DNA of 64,000 nt from Sedimentisphaerales bacterium. GTDB taxonomy: Bacteria; Planctomycetota; Phycisphaerae; Sedimentisphaerales; SM23-30. Location: the NCBI GenBank assembly GCA_963666285.1, contig OY762711.1; one strand, 5' to 3'. Below are positions 10,237 through 20,026 of this stretch, in pieces. Within the stretch, counting starts at the first letter, position 1. Each line of letters begins with the position of its first letter. The notes below the pieces were generated by a model, which did no database searches, was not told the origin of the DNA, and worked only from the letters and a program-made list of their open reading frames with translations. The position numbers and the translations under genes are program-made.

Positions 10237-11259
10237 ATGCAATCAGTAAGTCGACAAAATATATCAGTCAAGTATGCTATTATTATTTTACTATATATAT
10301 TAGTTTTGATAATTGCCGGGTCAGCGGGATTATGTTTCGGCAGTGAAAAGATTAATATTGGAAGTTCAATAAGAGAAATAATTTCAGGTGATGTTGTTTC
10401 AGTTGATGCGAGGATTTTGCTTCACCAGCGTTTGCCCAGGGTGCTGATGGCAGTAATAGCCGGCGGCTGCCTGGCAGTTGTAGGAGCAGTATTTCAGACA
10501 ATCCTGCGTAATCCGCTTGCTGCACCATATACTCTTGGTATATCCGGCAGCAGTTCGGTGGGTGCCGTACTGGCAATTTCAGTTCCGGTATTGACAACGG
10601 CGAATATTTTCGGTTTTGGACTGATCCAGCTATTTGCCCTGTCAGGGGGGCTTTTTTCGGCAGTTTTCATTTATTTTCTGGCAAAAAGAAGCGGCGGTAT
10701 GTCGATGAATATGCTGCTTCTGGCAGGGGTTGCGATAAGTATTATATCAGCTTCGTGTGTTATGCTGATACGGTATATCTCAAGCCCTTATTTGCTGGTA
10801 TCAATGGATCGCTGGATAATGGGTGGCCTGGATGTTGCCGGTATGAAAGATATTTTGCCGCTTATGCCGTTTATTTTGCCTGGTTTGGGAATATTATTCG
10901 TTCAATCCTTAAGTTTGAATCACCTGGTACTGGGAGATCAAATGGCAATGGGCCACGGGATCTCAGTTGATAAAGTCCAAAAGTGGTGTTTTGCCGGAGG
11001 TTCAATAACCACCGCAGCGGTCATTTCACAAACCGGACCAATAGCTTTTGTCGGGCTGATAATTCCGCATATAACCAAGAAAATCAGTGGAAACGATCAC
11101 CGGTTAATGCTGCCGGCCTCAATGTTAGGCGGAGCAGCTTTTCTTGTTTTGTGTGATACTCTAGCCCGGACGATTGTAGCACCGGCACAGATGCCGGTTG
11201 GAATTATTACCGCGGCAATCGGCGGAATATTCTTTATAATATTGTTATGCAGAAATTGA
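10237..11259 (+). CDS. FecCD/BtuC-family ABC transporter permease
   Basis: RLPRVL, FQTILRNPLA.PYTLGISG, GPIAFVGLIIPH, PVGIITA.IG; multiple TM helices. Confidence 0.92.
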   Translation: MQSVSRQNISVKYAIIILLYILVLIIAGSAGLCFGSEKINIGSSIREIISGDVVSVDARILLHQRLPRVLMAVIAGGCLAVVGAVFQTILRNPLAAPYTLGISGSSSVGAVLAISVPVLTTANIFGFGLIQLFALSGGLFSAVFIYFLAKRSGGMSMNMLLLAGVAISIISASCVMLIRYISSPYLLVSMDRWIMGGLDVAGMKDILPLMPFILPGLGILFVQSLSLNHLVLGDQMAMGHGISVDKVQKWCFAGGSITTAAVISQTGPIAFVGLIIPHITKKISGNDHRLMLPASMLGGAAFLVLCDTLARTIVAPAQMPVGIITAAIGGIFFIILLCRN

Positions 11260-11289
11260 CAATTAGAGAAAAGAGTTTATCCTACCTTT

Positions 11290-11877
11290 ATGGCTAACCA
11301 GAGAGAAAAGACATACGATCAGATCGGGACGGTAACTTTCCGTAAGACCAGATCAAATAAATATATCAGGCTGAGTATCAGGATGGATGGTCGGGTGCTG
11401 GTCTCGATGCCAACCAGGGTGGCATGGCGAGATGCGGAATCATTTTTACGTCAGAAGTATGACTGGGTAATAGAGCAGAAAGATAAGATGGCCCGGACGA
11501 TGCAGGAAGAAGAGCGGATTCCGATAGCATTGCCTCCAGACGAACATCTCCGGCAGGCTCAGCAGTTAATATTTAACCGGCTGGACGAACTGTCAGATCA
11601 GTTTGGTTTTGAGTATCGCAAGGCGACATTTAGAAACCAGAAAACTCTTTGGGGTTCGTGTTCACATGACAATAAAATAAGTTTAAATATAAACCTCGTT
11701 CACTTGCCACCGCACCTGGTTGATTATGTATTACTGCACGAGCTGGTACATACAAAAGTAAAAAATCACAGCTCCCGGTTCTGGCAGCAGCTTGATAAAT
11801 GTATCGGGTCGCCATCATCCGGTAAGAAGCTTAAGAAAGAATTAAATAATTTCAGACCGGGTTTCAGGTGTGCGTAA
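11290..11877 (+). CDS. YgjP/DUF45-like zinc metalloprotease (M48 superfamily)
   Basis: QKTLWGSCS, YVLLHELVH (HExxH), NHSSRFW. Confidence 0.9.
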   Translation: MANQREKTYDQIGTVTFRKTRSNKYIRLSIRMDGRVLVSMPTRVAWRDAESFLRQKYDWVIEQKDKMARTMQEEERIPIALPPDEHLRQAQQLIFNRLDELSDQFGFEYRKATFRNQKTLWGSCSHDNKISLNINLVHLPPHLVDYVLLHELVHTKVKNHSSRFWQQLDKCIGSPSSGKKLKKELNNFRPGFRCA

Positions 11878-12010
11878 ATAACTATTTACTTAAGTGTTAG
11901 AGTGAAATATGCGATAATGTAAAAGCTTGAAATATAAACCAGACCTAGAGAAATGCAGAAAGATGTATAATGCTTTCTGTCAGATAGTTTAAGACAACAG
12001 GAGTTTAACT

Positions 12011-13069
12011 TTGAATAAGAACAGCGAAACCTTTTTGAAAAAATTGTTAGAAGAACCCAGTCCATCCGGATTCGAATGGAATGCAGCCCGTATGTGGCGT
12101 AACCGCGTTAAAGATTATGCAGATAGTGTATTTCATGATGTTCACGGCAATAGCGTTGCAGTATTAAACCCGAAGGCGCCATTTAAGTTTATGCTTGCAG
12201 GTCACATCGATGAGATAGGTCTGATGATATCTCATATTGACGACAAGGGTTTTATTTATACCCAGCAGATAGGCGGTATGGACCCGGCATTACTGGTAGG
12301 TCAGCGAGTGAAGATAATGACCGACCAGGGATTTGTTTTTGGCATTATCGGACGAAAGGCTATTCATCTTATGACGCCGGAAGAGCGTGGCAAGGGCCTG
12401 AAGATGGAAGATATCTGGGTGGATATCGGAGCCAAGGATAAAAAAGAGGCGCTCAAGCGTGTTAAAGTCGGCGACCCGATGGTGATTGATGTTGAGACAT
12501 TAAAGTTGAACGATGATTTTGTCGTAACCCGTGCGGCAGATGATAAAGCAGGAGCCTTTATAGTTGCGGAGGTAATTCGTGAACTTTCCAAGCGAAAATT
12601 GAACATATCAGTTATTGGTGTGGCTACAGTTCAGGAAGAGGTAGGTCTTCGCGGTGCTATTACCAGTGCATATAATGTAAATCCAGATGCCGGTATAGCG
12701 ATTGATGTTGGTTTTGCAACAGATCATCCAGACAGTGACCCCAAAAAGACGGGCGAGGTCAAATTGACCGGCGGTCCCAATTTACATCGCGGTCCAAATA
12801 TTAACCCGGTTTTGGAAAAGCAGCTGGAAAAAACAGCCAAACAGATAAAGATTCCATACCAGATTACAGGCGATCCTCGCGGCACAGGTACAGATGCAAA
12901 TGCAATCCAGCTGTCACGGGGAGGAGCGGCAGCCGGTTTGATTAGCATACCAAACCGCTATATGCATACCCCGGTGGAAGTTGTGTCATTGACAGATATG
13001 GATAATATCATTAAACTGTTGGTCAATTACCTGGCAAAACATCCGGCTCAGAGAGATTATCGACCGTAA
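12011..13069 (+). CDS. M42-family aminopeptidase
   Basis: PSPSGFE, GHIDEIG, ADDKAG, VQEEVGLRGA, GTDA, RYMHTPVE; TTG start with AGGAG RBS. Confidence 0.93.
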   Translation: MNKNSETFLKKLLEEPSPSGFEWNAARMWRNRVKDYADSVFHDVHGNSVAVLNPKAPFKFMLAGHIDEIGLMISHIDDKGFIYTQQIGGMDPALLVGQRVKIMTDQGFVFGIIGRKAIHLMTPEERGKGLKMEDIWVDIGAKDKKEALKRVKVGDPMVIDVETLKLNDDFVVTRAADDKAGAFIVAEVIRELSKRKLNISVIGVATVQEEVGLRGAITSAYNVNPDAGIAIDVGFATDHPDSDPKKTGEVKLTGGPNLHRGPNINPVLEKQLEKTAKQIKIPYQITGDPRGTGTDANAIQLSRGGAAAGLISIPNRYMHTPVEVVSLTDMDNIIKLLVNYLAKHPAQRDYRP

Positions 13070-13135
13070 GCGAGGTAATAAAGCATTGGCGATCTGGAAT
13101 TGCCTTTTATGTACCTTGCATTATTGCAATAAAAT

Positions 13136-14194
13136 ATGAAACTATTAATATTATATTTTGCCCTGGCAATGGGCATTTCATTTATATGTTCGTTGTTAGA
13201 AGCTGTTATACTCAGTGTTAGTCCTGCGTATATTACCCTTCTGAAAAGAGATGGCAGCAAAACCGCAGAATTGTTACAGAAGCTGAAAGATGATATAGAC
13301 AAATCTCTTTCAGCTATTCTGACATTGAATACTTTTGCCAATACGATAGGAGCTGCCGGAGTTGGAGCCCAGGCCGGCGAATTGTTTGGCAGCTCTATTG
13401 CGGCCTATGTTTCATTTGGCCTGGCCCTGGCTATCCTTGTACTTTCAGAGATCATTCCCAAGACCCTAGGCGCCGTATATTGGAAATCACTTGTTGTACC
13501 GGCTGCGTATATTATCAAGTTTTTTGTTTTCATTCTCATGCCGGTAGTATTTCTTCTTCGCCAGGTAAGCAAGCTGATAAATCCATCAGGAGAAAAAGTT
13601 GAGATATCTCGTGATGAGATACTGGCAACGGCTGATATGGGTCAGGACCATGGTACTCTGCACCATAGAGAAAACAAGATAATTCAGAATATTCTTTGCC
13701 TGAAAAACATCAGGGTTAAAGATGTTCTTACCCCTCGCAGTGTTATTATGGCATTTCAGCAGGATATGACGGTAGAGGAAGTGATAAAAAATCACAGCCC
13801 GCTTGGTTTCAGCCGAATCCTGGTCTATGGAAATGATCTGGACGATATAACCGGTTTTGTATTGAGATATCGTATCAGTCAGAAATTTTCGGAAGGTTCC
13901 GGAGATACCAGGTTAAGCGATCTTGTGAAAGATATTCATGCCGTACCTGATATTGCTGATGTCCAGACTACCCTGGATGAATTTATTGTAAGACGCGAGC
14001 ACATTTTTCTGGTAGTAGATGAATACGGAGGAACGGCTGGAATTATTACCCTCGAAGATGCTATCGAAACTTTGCTTGGAGTAGAGATAGTTGATGAAAT
14101 GGATTCCGTGACCGATATGCGAAAATATGCCAAGAAACTTTGGGAACGCAGGCAAAGATCTATCGAAGCAAAGTTCAGTGCTGAAGATGAATAA
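13136..14194 (+). CDS. CNNM/DUF21-CBS (hemolysin/CorC-like) membrane protein
   Basis: SFICSLLEA, AILTLNT, SEIIPKT, LTPR, VVDEYGGTAGIITLED. Confidence 0.92.
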   Translation: MKLLILYFALAMGISFICSLLEAVILSVSPAYITLLKRDGSKTAELLQKLKDDIDKSLSAILTLNTFANTIGAAGVGAQAGELFGSSIAAYVSFGLALAILVLSEIIPKTLGAVYWKSLVVPAAYIIKFFVFILMPVVFLLRQVSKLINPSGEKVEISRDEILATADMGQDHGTLHHRENKIIQNILCLKNIRVKDVLTPRSVIMAFQQDMTVEEVIKNHSPLGFSRILVYGNDLDDITGFVLRYRISQKFSEGSGDTRLSDLVKDIHAVPDIADVQTTLDEFIVRREHIFLVVDEYGGTAGIITLEDAIETLLGVEIVDEMDSVTDMRKYAKKLWERRQRSIEAKFSAEDE

Positions 14195-14745
14195 ACCATA
14201 GTAACAGATGCAGCTTTACTATAAATTTTCAGCATGCAGTGTCGTGTTTCACGTAACACGGTGTCTTTGGTAATATAGTCAGACATGTACAATCAGTATC
14301 TTATGTCGGTATCTCATTTTAACTCCACTTTTAAAAGCAATTTCCAGAGGGCTCTTAAGTCATATTCGGAGCAGTTTGTACGCATATTGTATGGTTTTGT
14401 CCTCTCGGCAGTAAAAATCTGCACAGAAAATATTAAAGTGCTCTAAGTACTCTATTGCTTTTGCAAATTTTTCATATTCGTGGTACAATTTCATTTTTAC
14501 TGTATGTGGAAATATGAATACAGGTCACTTAAAGTTTAACTGCTTTATATAACAGTTGTTATATAAGAATGGAATTTGAGAGCAGATAATGAGTGCGGTA
14601 TTGAACTTTTGCCTGTTCAGCATTACACGCAAAGGCCGGAACAGGGCCAATTTAAGTGAAAAAAGAATAGTGAAAAGAAAAAATAAGGTGTTCGACTATC
14701 CTTCGACCAGCTCAGGACAGGTCGTCTCACGCTATGTTTAAACAT

Positions 14746-14818
14746 AATTGTTGCAGGAAGGCTCTTTTAGACGATTTACCAGAGGCACTTCGTTATTGCA
14801 ACTTAAAACCTGCGAAAG
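14746..14818 (+). repeat. Dispersed ~70-bp repeat, family B, copy 1
   Basis: GGAAGGC..TT.AG.CGATTT.CCAGA.GGCACTT.GT.ATTGCAACT.AAAA.CT.CGAAAG shared with 34813..34886 and 41732..41787. Confidence 0.85.
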
Positions 14819-14824
14819 AAAACA

Positions 14825-15724
14825 ATGACAAAGATAGAATATAATCCAAATTTTATGAATCGTTTTCGTGAATTGGCCGGACTGGTTGATGATGAGGCTG
14901 AAGTATATATTGGTGAACAGCTTGGCATCCCTGACATTCTCAGGGAATCCATGCTGTACAGTTTGAGGGCCGGCGGTAAACGGTTGCGTCCGGTGATGGT
15001 CTTGCTAGCCTGTGAAGCGTGCGGTGGTGATATCAGTAAGGCATTACCTGCGGCGGTAGCGATCGAAATGATTCATACCTATTCATTGATTCATGATGAT
15101 CTGCCGGCTATGGATGATGATGATGTAAGGCGCGGCCAGCCGACAAACCATAAGGTATATGGTGAAGGTCAGGCGATTCTTGCCGGTGATGGTTTATTGA
15201 CATTTGCGTTTACTTCTCTGGCACGCTATGTAAAAGATGGCGATTTATGCCGCAGGCTGGTTTTAGAGCTTAGTGAAGGAGCCGGGGCGGCCGGTATGGT
15301 TGGCGGGCAAAGTGCAGATCTTAGCGGAGAAGAAAAAGAGCTGAATGTTAACGAACTGGAATTTATCCATGTGCATAAAACCGCAAAACTATTTGAAGCT
15401 GCAATGAAAATGGGCGCGATGTGTGCCGGGGCAGAAGAATCGACAATAAAAAATCTGGGTGAGTTTGGTCTGACCCTGGGCCTGGCTTTTCAGGTGGTTG
15501 ATGATATGCTGGATGTGACTTCAACATCAGAGAAGATGGGTAAACAGACCCAGAAAGACGCCGGTGCCGGCAAGATGACATATCCGGCATTACTGGGTTT
15601 AGAACAATCTCAGGAAAAAGCACAAAATCTTAAATCAGCAGCCATGGGATATTTGGAGTCGGCCAATGTCAGAACTCCGGATTTAGGCAGCCTGGCTAGA
15701 ATGCTGGTAGAGAGAGAAAGCTGA
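14825..15724 (+). CDS. ispA: Polyprenyl (farnesyl/geranylgeranyl) diphosphate synthase
   Basis: GGKRLRP, HTYSLIHDDLPAMDDDDVRRG (FARM), FQVVDDMLD (SARM), KTA. Confidence 0.92.
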   Translation: MTKIEYNPNFMNRFRELAGLVDDEAEVYIGEQLGIPDILRESMLYSLRAGGKRLRPVMVLLACEACGGDISKALPAAVAIEMIHTYSLIHDDLPAMDDDDVRRGQPTNHKVYGEGQAILAGDGLLTFAFTSLARYVKDGDLCRRLVLELSEGAGAAGMVGGQSADLSGEEKELNVNELEFIHVHKTAKLFEAAMKMGAMCAGAEESTIKNLGEFGLTLGLAFQVVDDMLDVTSTSEKMGKQTQKDAGAGKMTYPALLGLEQSQEKAQNLKSAAMGYLESANVRTPDLGSLARMLVERES

Positions 15725-15786
15725 TATTAATGAAAGCGTTAATTTTCGGTTCCGGGTGAATTGGGCCATGATATAATCTTAATTTT

Positions 15787-16514
15787 ATGATACGAAGATT
15801 TTATAGTAGACACAGCTGGAAGATATTGCTTGTATTACTGGCGATGTGATATTGACAGTTCCTGTATGGCTTAGCGGCGAAGTGTACACCTTCTTTGCCG
15901 AGATTCGTGTTACGGCTATGCTGGAGCATGAAACAACAATGGGTGATATTAAAAAAGCGGGAGAAAATATATATTCAATTCGCAAGCTTCAGATTAATAA
16001 TAAAGACAGGTTGAACACGATACCTATGATCAAGCTCCAGCATTTGTACTGTGAGCTGGAGCCAGGAAAAAGTGATACTCTTGATTTTAAGCTGGCAGAA
16101 TGTAATTATGGTGATATCTATATACTTCTCGATAGTAAAAAAAATACCAACATAACTAAATTGCCGATAACTATGCCACCTCAATTACTGATGAATAATA
16201 TTAGAGTGCATATAAATTCAGTAGGGGGTAAAGAGGGGAATGAGCTGGTAGTTTTACTTGATGGCTATATGCTGCTCGATGAGAATGGTCAGGTTGACGA
16301 TTTGAGTTTTCGCTTAACAACTATTGATGGTAAATTACTGGTAAGAGTTCACAAGAACCCGGAATATGATGCGAGCAGTATTTTACCGAGTGATATGCTG
16401 CCGTACAAGCTGAAAGATTTTAGTATTGTAAATATTATGAAGTACAAGGAAGCCGGCAAAATAATTGAATACTGGCCGGCGATACAGGATCTGCTGAAAT
16501 TTATCAAAAGTTGA
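15787..16514 (+). pseudogene. Hypothetical membrane-anchored protein split by a 1-nt frameshift (or sequencing error)
   Basis: MIRRFYSRHSWKILLVLLAM* (15787..15849) continues as VILTVPVW... in the -1 frame (ORF 15846..16514). Confidence 0.5.
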
Positions 16515-16533
16515 TTTAAGGAAATTTTGTGTA

Positions 16534-17091
16534 CTAAATAACCGGGAGAGTATTGATATCAGCCTCAGCAAGTGTTGGGCATTGGCTGTCTTTTTCAGAA
16601 AGGACAGCAGTTTCTGCAGGAACAGGCCATTCTATATTTATCTCAGGATCGTTCCATATTATGCCGTAATCGTCGCCCGGTTTATAGAGATCGGTACATT
16701 TGTACATTACATCTGCCGTATCGCTCAAAACACAGAAACCATGGGCGAAACCTTCCGGTACGTATAATTGCCGATGGTTTTCTCGTGAGAGTATCGCACC
16801 TGCCCATTGGCCGAATGTGGGCGATCCCCTGCGGATATCTACTGCCACATCAAAAATCTCTCCAGTAATACAATAAACCAGTTTTCCCTGGGGTTGTGTA
16901 AGCTGATAGTGCAGACCTCGGACAGTTCCTTTTTTTGAGTATGAATGATTATCCTGGATAAAAGGTTTTGGTATGCCGGCCTTTTGGTATCTCTCGCAGC
17001 TGAAAGTTTCTAGGAAAAAACCACGATTGTCATCGAAAACTTTTGGTTCGATAAGGATAACGCCCGGTATGTCTAACTGTGTGATGTTCAT
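16534..17091 (-). CDS. rfbC: dTDP-4-dehydrorhamnose 3,5-epimerase
   Basis: DNRGFFLE, QDNHSYS.KGTVRGLHYQ, DVAVDIRRGSPTFG, VPEGFAHGF. Confidence 0.96.
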   Translation of the reverse strand: MNITQLDIPGVILIEPKVFDDNRGFFLETFSCERYQKAGIPKPFIQDNHSYSKKGTVRGLHYQLTQPQGKLVYCITGEIFDVAVDIRRGSPTFGQWAGAILSRENHRQLYVPEGFAHGFCVLSDTADVMYKCTDLYKPGDDYGIIWNDPEINIEWPVPAETAVLSEKDSQCPTLAEADINTLPVI

Positions 17092-17226
17092 AATATATAG
17101 TAACCAAATAAAAAATAATGAGCTCAGAACAACTTTATCTATCTCATGGCAATTCTACAAGAATTATAGTGTTAATGTAAAGAAAATTATAGTGCGGTAT
17201 CACATTTTCAACAGTTACCGGTAATA

Positions 17227-18492
17227 TTAATGCAAGAATCTGGTTACATCAAAGTCGCCGACCATTTGTATGTATAAATCATTATTCATTGACAGGTCAA
17301 TGTCTTTTGATTTCGGGTCTTCCTGCGGCTCGGATTTCTTGTTTTCCGACTCGGGCTTTTCCTGTTCAGGTTTATCTTCGGTCTGTTCATTTTCTTTTGG
17401 AGCTGAAGCTTCTTTAGAGACAGCGTTCTTCAGGTCGATAGGACGTACTACCGGTCGGCAAGGTTCAATCTCGTTAATTTCAACAACAACAACATCTCTG
17501 CCGTCATTTAATTTTACCTGTTCACCCATAGCGAAAGCAGGCATCGCCTTTGTGAAGATTTTATACAGTTCCGGATCGAACCATTTAGCATAACCCGGCT
17601 TTTTCATCCGTGCAAGAGCTACAACAGTGGGGGCGATTCTTCCGTCCGGTAAATATCGAAATGATTCAAAATAATTTGCCAGACATGCAATACGGCAGAA
17701 AATATGTATTTCATGACCTTTAAGGGCAAAGATCGGGTCACCGACACCATTAAGCTGTTTTCGCTTGGGAAATCCGCTCCCGTCATAATGCTGGTGGTGG
17801 TTAACTACAATCTGGGCGGCAACCGGGTCAAGTCCGGCTTTCAGCATTTCATATCCTACTTCGGTATGATTCTGCCATTCCGGGGAGCCCAGATTCATAG
17901 CGGTAACGTGAAAAGTCTGCATTTCTTCCGATAGCGAAATTTTGCCCATATCGTGCAGCAAACACCCTGTTCCCAGTGATGTAAGATCTGTTGCCTGACT
18001 TTGCGGCATGTTTGGCCTGGCTTTTAGAAGCTGGCCTTCAGATTTCATACCAATTAATAGTGCCAGCGAAGCGACAGTTGTACTGTGCCGGAAAATATCG
18101 TCAGATTGACCTTGCAGCTCGGAGATGAAAGCCGAGGATATGTTCCCTGCGTTCATTAGATAGTGGAACAGATTTTTCATCTGATCGACATATTGCCTGT
18201 AATCTATGTCATTTATAGATTCACTTTGAGCGTCCTGGAAATTATCTTTCAGCGAACTGTACAGTTCCTGCTGATGTTCTATAAGTTTAGGGTCCAGGTA
18301 ATCGTCCAGGAAATCCAATCCTGGGTAGTTGACCCAAAGATTGTTGACACCAATTGATTTAAGGCGGGAAACCTTGTCGGCTTCCATTTCATATCCTGCT
18401 TTTAACAGAGTGTGATCCGGTTTTTCCGGATTGGGAACCGATCTTGCGAGTGTCATTCCCGCTTCAGCTTGTTCTATTGGTACTCTTAACAT
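17227..18492 (-). CDS. HD-GYP domain protein (possibly degenerate)
   Basis: HSTTVA, LLHDMGK, HTEVG, HHQHYDGSGFP; usual final AD.(Y/F)DA appears as ANYFES. Confidence 0.85.
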   Translation of the reverse strand: MLRVPIEQAEAGMTLARSVPNPEKPDHTLLKAGYEMEADKVSRLKSIGVNNLWVNYPGLDFLDDYLDPKLIEHQQELYSSLKDNFQDAQSESINDIDYRQYVDQMKNLFHYLMNAGNISSAFISELQGQSDDIFRHSTTVASLALLIGMKSEGQLLKARPNMPQSQATDLTSLGTGCLLHDMGKISLSEEMQTFHVTAMNLGSPEWQNHTEVGYEMLKAGLDPVAAQIVVNHHQHYDGSGFPKRKQLNGVGDPIFALKGHEIHIFCRIACLANYFESFRYLPDGRIAPTVVALARMKKPGYAKWFDPELYKIFTKAMPAFAMGEQVKLNDGRDVVVVEINEIEPCRPVVRPIDLKNAVSKEASAPKENEQTEDKPEQEKPESENKKSEPQEDPKSKDIDLSMNNDLYIQMVGDFDVTRFLH

Positions 18493-18587
18493 TTATATAT
18501 TCATAATCCCGGTTATAGCCGCATTGATGCTTCCTGTTTCAGCATAGAAAATCTATAGTATAGCATTACAAGTTATACTGTTACTTA

Positions 18588-18615
18588 ATATCGACTCGTT
18601 ATGAGTATTACTTGA
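18588..18615 (-). promoter_or_regulatory. Candidate sigma28 (FliA-type) promoter of the HD-GYP gene
   Basis: Minus strand TCAAG-N15-GTCGATAT, about 95 nt upstream of the start. Confidence 0.4.
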
Positions 18616-18714
18616 TAAGATATGTTAAATCGCAGCATGGTGAAAATAAGTTGTGCTGTATAATTGACTTAAGTGGATTAAAAGAGATGAAAAATTAATA
18701 GGAGGAGTTGAAAG

Positions 18715-19332
18715 CTATTTATTATCGCTGCTATTATAGGACCTGACAAGTTCGCAGCCGATGTCATACGCTTCCTGAATTTTTTCAGGATATTTATTAA
18801 TTTCACCGGCTCCATCACATTTTTCTACCAGCAGATTTCGCCAGTATTCCATTTCAATGGAATGGAAAAACCATTTCATTGAAGTTATAGAACCCTGAAA
18901 TGTAGATTCCCCTTTTCTTGCTCCTACAGCAATTAAAATACCTTTTCGTCCTGATTTTTTTATGTCCGGGTCGATAAGAGAATTACCGGTATTGTCTTTA
19001 TATGCCCAAAATAGCTGGCATCGGTCAATCATAAGCTTCAGCTGGGCTGATAATGCCATAAAATATATTGGCGAAGACACAATTAAAGCGTTCGCTTGAA
19101 TTATCTTATTATATATCATGGTCATATCGTCATTTATACTGCATGACTGAGAGTTGAGACAGTAATCGCAATGAGTACAAGGTTTTATGCTGCGGTCGGC
19201 GAGATTAATAATTTCGCAGTCTGCACCGTGGTCCTGAGCGCCGGCAATCACCCTGTTAAGAAGTAATGATGAGTTACTATCTTTCCTGGGGCTTGATGTT
19301 AGTCCTATAATTTTAACAGATTGCTTTTTCAT
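18715..19332 (-). CDS. Iron-sulfur flavoprotein / NADPH-dependent FMN reductase family
   Basis: SSPRKDSNS, CxxCxxC...C.INDDM, SPIYF, LKLMIDR. Confidence 0.9.
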   Translation of the reverse strand: MKKQSVKIIGLTSSPRKDSNSSLLLNRVIAGAQDHGADCEIINLADRSIKPCTHCDYCLNSQSCSINDDMTMIYNKIIQANALIVSSPIYFMALSAQLKLMIDRCQLFWAYKDNTGNSLIDPDIKKSGRKGILIAVGARKGESTFQGSITSMKWFFHSIEMEYWRNLLVEKCDGAGEINKYPEKIQEAYDIGCELVRSYNSSDNK

Positions 19333-19498
19333 CTTTGAATAAAAATTATAACTGAAATCATAATTTTTTGTCAAATCAGAATTTATGTAATCTGAATATC
19401 AATAATAATTTTGTGGATATAATTTATTTACAGCAAAGGTTTCATATTGACGAATTTGCTTATACCTGCAATATGTAAAAGTAAAAAAATACAGGAGT

Positions 19499-19918
19499 AT
19501 GGAAATGCGGTCTTTAATTGTTGAAGATAATGTGATAAACAGTAAATATTTGATAAATCTTCTGAAACCTTTTGGTGATGCCGATGTTGCCGCAAATGGT
19601 GTTCAGGCCATGGAGAAAATAAAAACCAGCCTGGAAGAAGACAAGCCATATGACCTTGTTTGTCTGGATGTCATGATGCCTGAAAAAGATGGTCAGGAGA
19701 CACTGACCGAGATTCGCAAGCTGGAAGAGCAGTTTGGCATTATGGGATTAGATGGAGTAAAGGTAATTATGACAACGGCTATGGATGATAAGAAAACAAT
19801 TTTGCAGTCATTTAGCAGCGGTTGTGAAAGTTTTCTAATTAAGCCAATTGATAAAACAAAACTTTATGAGGAGCTGCAAAAACTAGGTCTTGTAAAAGCT
19901 CCTGCCAATAAACGCTAG
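19499..19918 (+). CDS. Single-domain response regulator (CheY-like)
   Basis: LIVED, LDVMMPEKDG, MTTA, LIKPI. Confidence 0.93.
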   Translation: MEMRSLIVEDNVINSKYLINLLKPFGDADVAANGVQAMEKIKTSLEEDKPYDLVCLDVMMPEKDGQETLTEIRKLEEQFGIMGLDGVKVIMTTAMDDKKTILQSFSSGCESFLIKPIDKTKLYEELQKLGLVKAPANKR

Positions 19919-19956
19919 TTATAATAATGAACCACTATTCATTTTTACCTAAAAAT

Positions 19957-19998
19957 AAAGAGTCGCTGAAATGGTATCAGCGGCTCTTTCTTTTTTTA
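19957..19998. terminator. Bidirectional intrinsic terminator between convergent genes
   Basis: AAAGAGTCGCTGA/TCAGCGGCTCTTT stem flanked by A- and T-runs. Confidence 0.75.
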
Positions 19999-20026
19999 CT
20001 TACATAAAAACATTATTTCATGTTTT

